The notes under the pieces: model-generated
Told to the model about the DNA's origin: nothing
Database searches by the model: none
Seen by the model: the letters and a program-made list of their open reading frames with translations, nothing else
Made by a program: the position numbers and the translations under genes
Shown here: one piece after another, positions 13,501 to 27,939 of the stretch
Numbering within the stretch: the stretch's first letter is position 1
How the letters are laid out: each line of letters begins with the position of its first letter
NCBI GenBank assembly: GCA_026914245.1
Contig: CP110439.1
Coordinates: 7,688,001-7,752,000, forward strand
Reading direction: 5' to 3'
Length of the DNA: 64,000 nt
Origin: Puccinia triticina
Lineage: Eukaryota

Positions 13501-16500
13501 GGATCGAGTATCAGTCTTCATTGGCGATGATGACGAACTGTTGGAGGACTTCAAAGGATTGGTTGGATATGACGTCAAGAACGATGGCTTGGTCGAAGGA
13601 GAGGTGTGGGAGATCAGGAATCAGGACATACGAGAGCGCGACAAAGTTGATGCATCAACGATCCAAAAGGAGTATGGGCCAAGTTACAAGCGACTACCGC
13701 GGGCTGAGATCGATTTGGCGTGTTCAGGAAGAGACGAGTTGTGCTGGAGTGTTTTGAATGATGAATACTTCGGGGCGGCGAAATTCGGAACGGAGTCTGG
13801 TGGACCAGGGCATCGGAAGACGAACTTTGAAGAGGTGGTTGCAATGACTGAGGGGGAGCGAGCGCATTTCTCATACTGGTTAGAATGTATCAGTCGGACG
13901 ATCGGCCATCTTGAATGCTTACGAGCTCGGATCGACGAGATGGAAGACCGAGATAAGGCAAGCTTCACACTGGGAGATAATCTCGGCGGAGGCAGTCCAT
14001 CTATCTACCATCGTACCCTTCGCAAAGTGTACGAGAGTAAATATCAATCTACCATCTTGCCTTACCTGCGCGACTACCCTGCAAATACCATCCCAATCGT
14101 GCTCCGCCGGCTAAAGGAACTCGAGCTGAGCTGGAAGTCTGCTGAATCTCAATGGAACCTGATCTGGAGAGAGGTAGAACGAAAGAATTACTACAAAGCT
14201 CAAGATCATCAAGTGATCGCGTTCAAGTCCAACGAAAAGTCTCTGCTCAAAGGCCAGAACTTGTTGAAAGAGATTCACGACTTGAAAAGGGACCAGAAGG
14301 CTTTGGTTTTCACGGTGAGTCTCAATGAAGACGGAGAGGCTTATCAAGATCCTTCCAAAAAATTCGAACCGTCCGTAAACTCCCCAACACGAATGGATGT
14401 AGACAAGGAGTCGGTTCCCAACCCATCATCCCCAGATCACGTCGAGATAATCTTAGAGAGCAAGATACCCCAAAAGATTCATCGATCACCTGCTCCTTCA
14501 AGAGCAGCCCATCAAATCGAACTTGGATTCGAAGATATGGAAGTTTTTTTTGATGTTCTGAGGATCATCATCATGGCGCTCGACCGGTCTGCACTATCAA
14601 ATCCAGAGCGAAGACGGATCGATGAATCCCTTCGGACGTTCATCCCGGCGGTCTGGAACATTTCAGCGACCGAGCTAGAGAAACAGATCCCGATTATCTA
14701 CGATGATGAGTCTAGTGAGCCGAGCGAGTACGGCCGTCCCACTCAGCCGAGCCATGACGGCCCGACGACGACCAATCAGCAAAATGTACTGGACCAGAAG
14801 GGTATCGAGACCCTCACGGAAGGCCTCTTGAAGATCCAGACCTCCCAGGAATCCAGACGTGCCCGCTCCCAAAACCTCGACACCCCCATGTCTTCCCCTC
14901 AACATTCCTATCAACTCACCCCTGCCGAATATGTCGCCACTACAATCCCTCAACCTGCTTTCAACGAGCCACATGGGCCTAGCTTCACCGGCTTGAATAA
15001 ATGGACTAAGATTTCGGTGGTCGATAATCGGCCGAGCGATCATCCGGGCGCTGAGCAACCGGCCGATCGACGAGCCGGACGATGTTATAACGTCTTTGGA
15101 TCTTCGACATATTACTTGTTGGTCCGGTTACTGCACGTGAGTTACTGTTTTCGTTTGGCAGCGGGAGAGGCAAAATAATGGAGGGAGGGAGATCATGACT
15201 TGACGAAAATGTGATTATGCTTTTGTGTAGACACTCTACATGAGGTTGATCAAGTTGAAAACGATCGGACTCGAGTTGGGAAAACAAAAGCCTCGGTGGA
15301 GACGGATCAATCCGGTAGCCATCGAGCTCGGTCTCAGCCACTCGATCATCGGCCTGGATGACCATCCTAATCCCTCATCCCAATTATATCCTTATTGTTT
15401 GGATCAACTCTCCCGCTACTTCGATGGTGAAATCGACTTCCACGCTTTTGAGGAATCGATCCGCGTTGCATTCCCTAGACATGGCTATCTTCTCTCGACT
15501 GTCGACAAACTAACGAACTCGATCTTAAAACAAGTTCAGTCTTTTCCTTGTTTTTCGTTGTTTCTTTCTTTCTTTGGTGGACCTAATTCTACTTCTTTTT
15601 TCTCTGTCTGTCTATTTCAATTGTGTCACCAGTTTGCACAAATTCATCAAGAACATAGAAACAAAGAGTTGTTGAATTTGTTGAATCGGGAGCGGATTCT
15701 TAGTTCGATGAACCCGATCACTCAGATATCTTATCGGCATCAAGCGGAATCGATCCTGGAAGAAGAGGAAGGTGAACTGTATCGTGCTGAATGGGTTAGT
15801 TTATTTTCTTCCACTGGCAAAACAGTTTGGGGTTTCCAAAACATTCAGAAAGAAGAAGAAACTGATCACAATGGGGACTCCTATCTTAGCATCCCGAAAG
15901 AATGTCCTTGAGTTTCCAGATCTTGAATCAAGGAGAGTCGACGTTCGAAGTCAAGACAGCCGCAGAGAAGTTGATGCATTACGTCGACACCTACGAGTTC
16001 GAAACGAGCACCGAGCTAGTCCAGCCAACGAAAGTGAGACGGCCGTTCCTGAGGTCCAACTTACTAATTGAAGAGCACTCGGAAGATGAGGAGAATGAAG
16101 GAGAAGAAGGCAAAGAGGCAGCAGGGGCAGAAGACCACGAGATGCCGATGAACACCGACGATCGAAGTGTTGCGCTGGATCGGTCCCTGAAGGCGAAGAG
16201 GAAGCGGGGCGGCCGATTAGTGTTGCTTAACTCGAACAAGATCCGACTGTCAATTGACGCGAAGACGTACAAGCTACAGTTCAACAATCATCGAAATACA
16301 AACCAACAAGCAAAGTCTTCTTCCTCGAAGCCGACAAATATGGGACATTTGCAGGACGAACCTACCGACCTCTTGGTCGTCAAGGACTTTAGCTTACCTT
16401 CCTCCCCCGACCTTGGCTCTCAAAAGACCATCCAAAACCAGAAGTTCATGGCTTGGCTGGCCAATCGTCAATCCGAGTTGAACGAACTCAATCGTGCCGT

Positions 16501-16504
16501 TTGA
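10517..16504 (+). CDS. SIN3: Sin3 transcriptional corepressor (PAH1-3, HDAC-interaction and C-terminal domains), multi-exon
   Basis: PAH1 [17 protein letters not shown]...(intron 10672-10768)...[25 protein letters not shown]2 [20 protein letters not shown]3 [42 protein letters not shown] introns. Confidence 0.96.
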
Positions 16505-17569
16505 GGCTCCGTGCTATTCCTTTCCCACATCTCTCCCACGTAGAGCTTTCTTGTTTTAGACCCCTTTCTTCGCTGTTTCGTCACTTGATCATCAATTCAT
16601 TTAGTCAGCTATGTTGTTTTTTAGTGTCTGCTTTCCTCTCACGTCACTGCTGTAATTTGCTTCGGTTTTACATATATGTTCCCTTCGTGTCTCCGTGTGA
16701 TGGTCCTATTCTCATCACTTTATCTCCCCTTACTTGTCTACATCCTATATTTATGGTGGAAAGTCTGACCATTCTTCCTTTCAAATTAATCAACTCAAGT
16801 GTATTTTTGTGCGTTTCTTTTTTGTATGATGGTTGTTGTATGTACACATTTTGACATAAAATGTAATTGATGTGCACTATCTTGTTGAACTTGATCTGTC
16901 TTTGCCTTTGTTGGCTTTTTTTCTTCTTAATTCTAAATCAGTCAAGAACTTCCAAGAAATGTCAAATATTATACTGCATGCCAACGCACATTGGCAGGCT
17001 GGGATATATAGTGGAGTTTACTGATTCATCTGCAGCTCCGTAATCCTTATTGTAGGGGTCTCAAGATCCATGAACAAGTGAATTATTGGTACTGCCTGTC
17101 TAGCTTCTTGATTTGACAGTTTCAGCTCATCCAGTACAGTACATCAGTCCATAATTTAAGCCTGAAATGATTGACTACTTATTGATGAAAGTCAGGTCAG
17201 AATAGATGCTACTTCTAGTCAAATTACTGCAAAAAGCTAGTGAAATTATGATATAATTAGTGAGAAGTTTGCTTTGAGATGTAACAAGAAAAAATAGATA
17301 ACAAATCGCTCTGCATGTAGTGAGAAAAGGTGGACATTGAATAAATCCGAATAAAGGAACACTGGCTAAGTAAAAAAATCTATGATGCAACAAAGAAATA
17401 CCAAATAACATATGCAAGGTTTTTGAACAATGTGATTTTATAGAGCATTCATCTGGGCTCTGGAATTGAAAGTATTGAAGACACAGAAATTTTTGAAGCC
17501 CAAAAGCTGAACGATTGACTAACGGTATTGCTGTCGTCGCCTACCCAAGATGAGAGGAAACAATGTGTC

Positions 17570-20403
17570 TTAAGTGAAGTAAGTGTTCTGGGCAGGTTCA
17601 CTGTTCAGATACTCCAGTTGCTCGGCTCGCCAATCGTCTTCAATTAATTCTCCTTCGATAATCTTCTTGTTGAATCGCATGACTTTTTTGGCCCTCGGTG
17701 TGTAAGCGGGCCAATCGTCTGGGAACAGGAGGCAAATTAATACTAGCTTTTACCTTCCTTTGTTTTTAAAACGACGAGGCACTGACCACCCGGATTGAGT
17801 TCGTACACGAAGCTGATGTAACGATTCCTGACCCTCTCAGCCAATGCTCTATATTCCTTCACCTCGGTAATTGATAAGTCTTCTTCATCGAGATTTCCGA
17901 AAATCAAGGGCAGTTCCGAACTATGAGAGACTGCAAACCAGTTGTCGTCAGTTTGAGATGTGTGAAGGGGTTTTTTATACATTCTGCAACGAGAAACCAA
18001 AGTTTTGCGGGATTCTACTTACCACCTCCGTATGCATGATCATTCGATGCTGGCGGTCCGTCAAAATAATATACATATACTGGTTGATGTGGAGAGGCCT
18101 TGCGAGCCCAGAATCTTTTGGGGGCTTGGTAATGTAGATCGCCTGGTTGCACCGGAAAGTTAGTCAGACATCATTCTACCAGGAAAATCGAAGGACGAAG
18201 CACGCACCGTACCACGCAGCTAGCCGTTTGAAAATACGGGGGAGGCCGAAGGTACGATTCCCCGTGTCAAAAGGAGAACCGAGCGATGGTTCGTCAGGAT
18301 AAAGCTCCGCAACTTTTTCGTAGACTTGTTTATCGACTTGCTGAAGGTCTAGGACGGAGCTATTGGACATGTAAGAATAAAAATAGGCGTCCGAATCCTC
18401 TGGGGGGCCACGGAAAGCAATCGACGGCCCAACTGCTGCAAGTGCGCCTAAAGACGGGTGATTTTTAGGGTGTTAGTCAAGTACAACCACCATACAAACG
18501 AGGTTAAGATAGCTTACCTTCGTCTTTGTTGGATCCTAAAATCATTGGGATCTTTATGAAATCGTCGTCAGCAAGTCTCTCAGATGGACGCCGATCGATG
18601 ATTGAGCCAGCTTTGTATGACGGTCCCCATACAGTCACCTGGCGAGAAAAGGGGGGAGTTCGGAGCAATGCCAGGCTGGCATTTAGAAGTACGTTGTAGT
18701 CCAATTCTCTGAGGCATTCTAGTCGATCAACCTGGGCAGAACGGGATTTCTGTGATTTCCGCGACTTCCGCGATCTCCGGGCACCCTTTACGGTCGTCGG
18801 AGAATCACAGCCCGTGCCATTTACCAGAAGATTGTAGGGCATTCCAGGACGATCATAAACATGAACTGCAGGAACGGTGTGGCTGAGTGTGTCGAATTTC
18901 ATCCAAGTTAATTCCAATTGAAGTACAAGTAGAGAACAGCGTCAACATCAGCCAGTTCGGAATGCAGCGGTGCGACATGTTTTAATAACTTACGACGTGG
19001 GTGATCCGGAGTCCATAATGGCAGCTCTGAAAAGGGTTGAACTGGGGGAATCGTACAAGTAGGTGACCAGTGTGGAAACTGCGATAGCTCCTGCACTCTG
19101 TCCCCATAGGGTAATTCTGACGAAGAAACAAAGGTGGCGAGTAGATTAGAACGATGATTTTTGTTTTGTGAATGGTTAGAGAGGCAGGAGATTCTTAGTA
19201 AATGAAAAGGGGGATTTCGGGAAGACTGCCAACTTTTTTGGGTCCCCTCCAAACGCCTTGATATTGAGCTTCAGCCACTTAAGACACGCAATTTGATCTT
19301 TCAACCCCACTTGCAAATCTTCAACTGGCAGATCGTCCGAATTAAGCTAGAAATGATCCAATACATCAACACCAAGTTTCCAAGACTTTAGTGACAATTC
19401 ATCTCTTATAAGGATACCAATTGACGCACAAATCCAAAAGAGCCAAGCCGGTAGTTCATAGATACAAAAATAATGGGCTTGTTGAGATCGTAGCTAGAAC
19501 TAACAAGGACTGATGGCCCCTTGTTTTGAATCGTCAAAGCCATAGTACGAAAACACATTGAGACAGAAGATAAAAACGAGATTGTCAAACGTGAATGGCG
19601 CGTCCATAAATCTCTTGATCTATTGAAAAAAACTACAAACCAGCTCCATCCGTGCTAGCACCCGTTCCATAGGTGTAACCACCCCCATGTATCCAGAGCA
19701 GAACGGGTAAGCGTGACTTATGATCTGTGGAGGAGGGCCGATAAACATTGAGGTACAAACAGTCCTCCGATATGTCTACCTCGGGTTCCAGTGGAGGATT
19801 AAAGGCCGGCTGCGGACAAGCATCCCCAAATTCAAAAGCTAGCTGAATTTTTCCATCATCGTTCTGGTTTTTGTCAAGGAGGAGTGGGGCACGAAAGCGT
19901 AGATCTTGAAGTGGTGGCTTGGCGTAACGTATTCCCAGCCATGTATCAACTGAATGCCGCGACTGGTTTGTGAATCCAAGATATCTTCCCGAGGTCGTGA
20001 GTACACTTAGACGATTAGGAGGTGATGGAGTCGGGGCGGTGTGGTTAGTCCAACTCTGTGCAACGGGCTGGCTTCGCTGCTCCCCGCCCTGATGAACTGA
20101 TTTCGTTGTTGGATGATGGGCATCCGGCTTTGAGATCTTGCCTTTTATAGGAGATGTTTGGGCTGGAGTAGGTGGCTTAGGAGACAGCTTCGGTGCAAGT
20201 GGCTTCTTCGGAACGGGTGGGCTCTTCTTGTCCTGAAATCCCTCGTTGTGTTCGCGATGGGTATCTGGGCTGGCGGCAGGCGAGACATGGTGATGAGTGG
20301 AATCCGGCTCGGGCGAAGTGAACGAAAGACAGAGAAGAATGTTCAGAGCAAATATTAGAGTGATGGATAGCTTGAGCTTGAGAACGACCGATGGAAGCTT
20401 CAT
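17570..20403 (-). CDS. Secreted type-B carboxylesterase/lipase (alpha/beta hydrolase), multi-exon
   Basis: Hydrophobic N-terminus; WLGIRYAKPP..LRFRAP, SEDCLYLNVY, WIHGGGY, NYRLGSFGF, nucleophile GDSAG (~19095), GSNKDEG, HSSELPLIFG. Confidence 0.92.
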
Positions 20404-23153
20404 TGGTGATAGCTCCGACCACTATGCACAGTTAGCTAGCTTGCTCGGTCTTGTTGGAATGATGGCCGCAGGAGAGGCTAGTGGCTTGAAGAGCGAAGAT
20501 CCTAATCCGTCGGTCAGTATCGGATGTGGAAATCTGGGGCTGAGGTTGTACAGCTTAATTGGCGACTGCTTTGATTTGCTGGATTATACAAGGCCAAAGC
20601 CTGATTCCTCGTACGCCTAAAGACCGGTGGATGATGGTTGCTTAGGAGCAAGCCGCTCAGAAAGAGGGAGAATGTTTGGGATATGAAGAAAGTAGTTCAG
20701 GATCGGCTGAGGAAAGATACGGAGGGTAAGGGTGTACAAAGGGCCTTTCTCTTATCGAGTCGGCGATGTCTCAATGGGGCTATGTGTAATACAGCAGGGC
20801 CTGCGGAGGGACGGCTGTTCTGGCGGGGCCTAATTAAAGCGTCGACACTCTGACAGTGGGAGCGAGTGATCTTATTTGGTGTGTCGGAGTGAATTGCAAA
20901 TTCGCATCATCAGAGCCGCAGAGCTGAAATCGACCACGGCAATGCCCAAGCAGCCGTCATCCGCCAGCTGGCAGTAGCGAAACTTGCAGGTGTCCGTCGC
21001 CGAAGCGCTCTTCGCGTCAAGGGGAACGCAACCTCCGAGTCTCCTAGGAAAGAAAGGAGATGTTTTGGACCACAAAGGGTGCTTGTCGAGGGGCGCTTCT
21101 GTCTATCGCATACCCGGGGCCAAGTGATTTGGGACAAGCAAAGGCGCGAACCATGTAAATATGTTCGATGTACAATATACCAACATGCTCAAGCAGCAGC
21201 AAGCAGCCCAGAGGAGAATGCTGCCGAGACTCGAGTTGCCGCCCACCGATCGCCTCTAGCTTCTCGCTCTACAACCATGCAGATGTTATTAGCTCGACGT
21301 GGTCAGCTTTCGAACAGCGGCAGAGCCTGCGACCCTCAAGGTACATAGACGCCTGATTTGTACTCATAAGATGGGCCCATCAGACGATTCACTGCGTTGA
21401 GAGGTGTGTATCTCTTGGCTCTATCGGCACCTCGGTCGGTTCGACGCTTCATGGAATATTTCCCGAGGTGCGCCGATAAAATTTTAAGGCGGCTGACTGA
21501 CCGACTTGTCATGAGGGATCAGCAAATTTTCCTTCTGAAACTTCTAGCTTGCTTTCTTCCAGCTCCAGCAAGCTGGAAATTGGTTCGAATTTGTATGTAT
21601 TCGAAGTGGAAAGAGGAGGGTTCAGACATGATTAGCTAGGATTAGCTACCCTGAAATGGTAAATATGTTGGCTCTGCAAAACTGATGATGATGCATGGTG
21701 CCATAGTGTTATTCTTCACTCTGATGCGAAAGTCCAAGAGGTTCCACACGACTCTGCTCGCCGGTTTCGTTGATTGTTGCTATGATGGGCAACTTTGATG
21801 AGCTTGAAAGCATCAGGAGGCCGAAACTTTTTGGCAGGTGTGCATGCCCGACGATCAGATGGATAGAACCCATATCTACCCTTACCACTCCCCCCCCCTC
21901 TCACCCTTGCCCACTCCGCGGCCAATCACACAAGACATGCCAGGGTGATTATTCAACCTATGTTTTAAGCAAAGATTTAGTCATGAATAGATGTTTCCCG
22001 GAAAGGTTGTCTCTCAGTGACAGCGTGCTGCCCCCGTGAGTTGGGGTAATCAACAAAGCCAATGAACGACCAGAGCAGGACCCAGCCCCTGCCACCCGTA
22101 TCCTGATCGAGATGAAGAATTAGCACCGACGGTCAAAAGCTTGACTGTTGACGCCCATTGGCATCAGCGCCCATCCCACGACCTGGAATCCAGGATTATA
22201 GCAAGGTTTGGTTGGAGCGGAGACAAATCGATCATGGGGAAGTGCACCACAGTAATCACCGCCTACCGCAACAGACCACAACTTTTCCCCTGTGGTATGA
22301 ATATACGCCGCGCATCAGTGTCACCCCCCGATAAGCATGTTTGTAAAAGTAGGGGGTTTAAAGCTTCGTAGATCCCGAACTTATGTAAAGTGCTTCCCTC
22401 TGGTTTGCCAGACTGCGCGAGCCACCAATTTTGTAATGATGTTCAGGAGCCCTATGGGGGATTTGGAGAGTGATGGGTGGATGGCTGCCCGCACAAGAAG
22501 CTAAATATGAATACAACTACAAGGCAGTTTCCCTCGCGGGTCAGCAAGTGAATCTGAGCAGAAATGGGGGTTGGTCCGGCCTCCGGCCCCCCAGAATCCA
22601 CGCCAGAATTGGCCGCTTTGAGGCAAGCTCTGGGAGAGACAGAGAGAGCAACTTCAGCGGGAGTGTAAGTATGGGTTGCCTTTCAGGTTGGCCCCAGCTT
22701 CGAAAAAGTGCGCGCGAGCCGGCATCTCAAAACTGGCAAAAGCTGGTGCCAAGGCGCCAAGGCACGCCGGAGTGCCGAGTACCAAGTTTTTTGGCACATC
22801 ATCGCGTCAAAGGAGAGCTGATTTTTGTTTGATACTTTTCAACACAGGGCTTTGGGGACCCAGTTGAAATCCTTGAGTACACTAATCACATCAACATCAA
22901 TGACATTTTTGTCCTTGGTCGATGGAGGACAGTTTTCCAACACATCAAATTCAATTAAAAGCACTTTTGGGCTACATACAGAGGCAAATGCCACGGGACA
23001 GCCTCATTTGTTGATGCGTGAGGAACGCAGTCATGAACTTGAGACATGTGAAATACATACGCTGGGGGTTGGCCCCCGGTTGGGCGAGTGGGTTTGTGCC
23101 CGGGCCGGTTGAGGTGCCATCTTCCCTCGGAACCACAACCACCCGGAACCCGG

Positions 23154-25430
23154 ATGCGACTGATCAGACCAATCACCGGAGCCATCAGACACACCAGACC
23201 AATCTCGGCCTACAGGGTTCCTCCCCCAACTACTCCAATCGGGAGACAAGCAATGGCAAAGCCGGACCTGGTCGTGATTCTCGGAACCACCGGTACCGGC
23301 AAATCAAAACTGGCCATCGAGCTTGCCGGCGCACTGAATCCGACTAGAACACCCGAAATCATCAATGGAGACTCGATGCAAGTTTACAAGGGACTCGATA
23401 TCTTGACCAACAAAATCACACCCCACGAGACAAACGGTATCCCACATCATCTCATGAGCTTCTTGGACCTCGATCAGGACTATACCGTCGAGAGATTTAG
23501 AGACGATGCGACTAAAAAAGTCAGGTGTGAAACATCCGTCCTTGAATCACATTTTTCGTTGGTTGACTGCGGAGGTGGACCTCCGATCGTTATATCTTGT
23601 TGGCTGACTGTGGCTCTGATCTTTACTTGACAGATCGCAGAAATCCATCAAAAAGATTTCGTACCAATCGTCGTCGGAGGAACTGGTTATTACATCCAAA
23701 ATTTGATTCTACCTGGCCGATTGACGAAAGATGTCCAGCACCACGATCCAGCACTCTCTGAGCTGACGAAGAAAGATATCCATGCGACCAAATCTCCCGA
23801 TTTCGATCACACATCCATCCTAGACAATCCGCAAGAAATTCTCGACCGATGTGAACAGAACGGATTCGATCCCACTTTGCTCAATAGCTTGAAATCCATG
23901 TCACTCGATCATTTACGATTAGTCTTCTTATTGCCGCATCTACCGCCCTTCTCGTCCCCCAAAGAATTTCCACCAGGCTTTCCCAGCGAGCTCTTACCTC
24001 CGAAATATCGACCCCCTCAGGCGACCGCCGAAGATTTCTGTATCGGTCTGTATGAGGCTCTCAAATCTATTGACCCCGTGATGGCTAGCAGATGGCATTG
24101 GAGAGACCTGAGAAAGGTTCGAAGAAGTCTCGAGGTCGCTATATGCACGGGCAAACTGATGAGTCATGTGGTTGCTGAGCAAGACCAAATAGACATTCGA
24201 GCAAAAAATACTCCAGAGGAAAGTGCTCCGTAAGTCAAGAGTTGTTGGATGTTCTTTTTTGGCTTTCAAATTAAATCGCTGCCATGGTTAGCTACCGGAC
24301 ATTGGTATTCTGGTTGTATTCAGAAACCGACCAGCTTTTACCTCGGCTAGATGCTCGGGTAGATAAAATGATTGAAGTAAGTGGTGTTGCGACTTTCGGA
24401 TCTATTTTCTTCAATTGCCTAGACAAACTCTTAAAGCTCAGCGAAAGGAATCATGCTCCTGCTTAATCTGCAGAGCGGCCTCGTGAATGAGGTACGGGAA
24501 TTAAAGATAATGCGGGAAAGACTGGCAGCGGGCGACCATACTCGGACCGACTTTTCTCGAGGCCCTTTCCAGGCCATAGGTTAGTAGGTCAAATATTGCC
24601 CTATTTTCAGTCCCCTTCTGACTGTATACAAGCCATGTAAATTCCCCGAACGATGATAAACGTGCAGGATATCGAGAATTCGAGTCACTAGTAAGCACCC
24701 CCGAAGCCGACTCGGAACCAGAACAAATGTCATCGAAGAAAGTTGCGGAAGCCACAGAATTGACCAAGGTTGCAACTCGGCAATATGCCAAATCACAAGT
24801 CAAATGGATGAAAAACAAGTTCTTGCCTGAGCTGAACCGCAAATTTGGATTTTCTTCCGAAGCTTCAGACGCTGCGGGTAGCTCAGATTCTCAAATGATT
24901 ACTTACATACTGGACGCTAGTGAATTGGATGAATGGGACCAGAACGTCCTCATCCCTGCCCAAAAAATCTTATCTGGTTCGTCTGCCCCACCCAAACCTT
25001 TTTTGATTTGTCACTCGAAGTTTTGTTCATCAATCATTGCATTGAGGATACAGCGTTCTTGAGCTACGACGATTTACCATCTCCCAAATCTATTTCTTCG
25101 ATTGCAAATTCAATACTCTCCGAATCACAAGGAAAGTGAGTACAGAATCCGCAAATCAAAAGCGAGGTGCAGATTGCGGACTGATACAATGTAAATTTTG
25201 CCTTGGAAAAAAAAATCAGAAAAATAAGATCGTTGAAAGATTTACGATTGAAAACATGCGAAAGTTGCACGCCTGAATCACATAAGCCGTTCTTGATTGA
25301 AGAGGTGCATTGGGAGGCACATCTGAGAAGCAAGAAGCATCGCAGATCTCTGATGATCAAAACCAATCCTCGTCCGCCTCGATCACCAGCATCCTCAACT
25401 TCCCATCCTGATTGTGTGTCTTATCTGTAG
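23154..25430 (+). CDS. MOD5: tRNA dimethylallyl(isopentenyl)transferase with C-terminal C2H2 zinc finger, multi-exon
   Basis: VVILGTTGTGKSKLAIELA P-loop, IINGDSMQVYKGLDILTNK, VVGGTGYYIQ, RKVRRSLEV, LDARVDKM, ATRQYAKSQVKW, TCESC..HWEAHLRSKKH. Confidence 0.95.
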
Positions 25431-27939
25431 ATTGTTATGCTTTTGTGTTCATCTATAGCACATTTTTACACTGCAAGAGCTTGCACAACTGCTGCCAGTG
25501 GACATGCCAAGTCCTGGAGTGTAAATGCTTTTCTAACTCCATCCAATTACTGATTATCAGTCACATGATATTTGACCAGCAACGCGGCCCAAATCAGCCA
25601 GACAGGCCTTGACTTGGGCGGGCCAGTGGGCCTGCCTGTCAAGATCAAGCTGTGACCTGGGACACTGACATCAAAATCCTATCAGCAGTGCCACCAACAA
25701 GAAAATCAAGCAGCCATAGACCTCTGGTTCTAATAGTTGGTCTTTATTTATAACATCAAGGGAAATCAATACTTTTCAAACTCTCTTCTTTGGTCCTGGA
25801 TTGGCTAGTTTTTTTCATGCTTCCCCTCAGCAGATCATTTCCTGGGGTATTGTGATTGGTAATAACTTAAGGGTCTTGATTAATTGACTACCCTAAATTT
25901 GACTTCCGACGTCCAAACGTGGTTTACCTCGGGAGGACCGCTGCCCGACGTTGCGCCTGGGTTGCGCGGACCAAAAATTGACACGCGCCCAATTTGGTAG
26001 TCGGAAATCAACAATGGAAATACCAGACAGTCGTCGGATTTACAATTTTTGCAAAAATGGCAAAAATACAAAAACAATCATACATAACTCCTCCAAAATT
26101 TTACAGAGGGCAGAAAACCCTTGCAAGCGCACATGGTGATCTGCATGGCATTAGCACACCTCAGGAATTGTTAGCCCTAGAGATACAATAAGTATCCTAA
26201 GGACTGCAATAACTAAAAAAATAACAATAAATGTTAAAATATTATTACAGATTCAGCCTTCTCATTATAAATTAAGGGGGGTTAACCACTTGAAGTAACC
26301 CTTTATTCCTACTCCTTCTGGTACTTTACTATGAAAGGAGTAGCATAGAGAGCGCTGTAAATAAAACCCTTACATAAAAAAATAATACTAAAGGGGGTTA
26401 CTAAACGTACCCGGGTATTTCCGCGTTTGTACCCGGTTTTTGCGTACCCCCTTTTCCGCGTACATACCCGGTTTTTTTCTATTCATTTCTACGCAACGCA
26501 AATCTGAGTTTATTAAAGACAGACAATCACAAAAACAAAAATCAAGGGTTTCCCCTACAAAATAATCAAAATAAAAAAAAATAAAAAAAAACAGCCCAAA
26601 AAAACACCCAGCCCAATACCCATCCTCTTCTAGAGAGGGTGCAAGTATTGGGCAGATGACCCCCAGCGCGCCGCATTTAAGGCAAGTTGCAAAGGGGGGT
26701 CATCACCTTTCACCCTCAAACTGTGCAAACGCAGCAGCGGAGGGGCTTGAGTCAACTCACTGGCTGGAAGTGCAGCACAGCGAGTTGACTGGCGATTCCA
26801 CTTTGCCAGAGGCCGCTCTATTTATAGGCGCACCCTCCACCCTCACTTCTCTTTCCTGACCGTCACCCATCGCAAGAAAACACCAAGACTGCCACCGCAA
26901 GCCTCCCGACCGTTGCAAGATACTCGGCAAACTAGGACTCCTACCGACAAGCACCCTTAAATACACTTCACCCCAGCCACAATCTACCGCGGCGCTGGGA
27001 AGCCCAGAATCCAATGGTGCTGGGCTCACCATTGAGAACACAACCAGGTCTCCAGGACCTATGTAACCTCCAACCAGCCAGTGTTAGACTGGGCTTGCAC
27101 GTGCACGCGAGCCCAGTCGTAGACTGAGAATCCCTGCCAGATGTCTGGAATCCCGCTGGCTTGAAACCGGCTTCAATCCCGCGCGACTTTCACTTGTCCG
27201 ATATCCCCACCCATCACTCCACACCGCCCGTACACTCCAAATCTCGTGCCTTCACTCCAAACCCCACCGCCGCCAGCCATCACACAAGATCACCCGACAA
27301 TGTCAGGTTCAACTCATTTTGGGCTAATGTTTGAGGTGCTACTAGGTGAGTCTTTTGTTTTTGTTTTTGCGCGCATCGACCAGCGTCATCTGATGGGACT
27401 CGTCGTCGATCTTCTCTTTGCCCTGACTGGCCTCCCTGCTTCTCCGGTTCCCAAAGATCCCGTTCAGCCTTGTCCATCTTCCAAGCCCCCCAGCGCCCTT
27501 CCGCCAGTCATTGTGTTCTTCCGCTGATCCAATGCTTGCACTCGGCCTTGACGTTGGCCAACATAATCATCTCGGCAATTGTCCACCACGCACCGCGCCT
27601 TCGCACTTGGTAAGCTCCATTGGCTCCTGGGAGTCGAGCCGGTGACTGTTTTCAGTCTCTATCGCGGCGATGAATCATGTGAACAAGGATCTCAAGGGTG
27701 ATGGGGAGAACTTGGGTTTAACATTGGGCCTCAAAAAAGACAGGTGAGGCAACATTGGTAAAGTCTGCAGGCCATCCAATTCCTCTGTTTTATTGTTCAG
27801 TACTGGAATTCCGGGTGGCCGCATTGCAAAATCCTGCAGCCTTCTTGGAATATTCTTTTCGCCCCACACCACCAGCACCAACAGAACGGCCGCTTTGGGG
27901 CGCCGTTCGCAGCCGACGCCGCGTGTTGTGAACTCGCTG

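Noticed and set aside
20420..23150. Many short ORFs between the esterase and MOD5
   Set aside because: No recognisable motifs or consistent splice structure; treated as intergenic.
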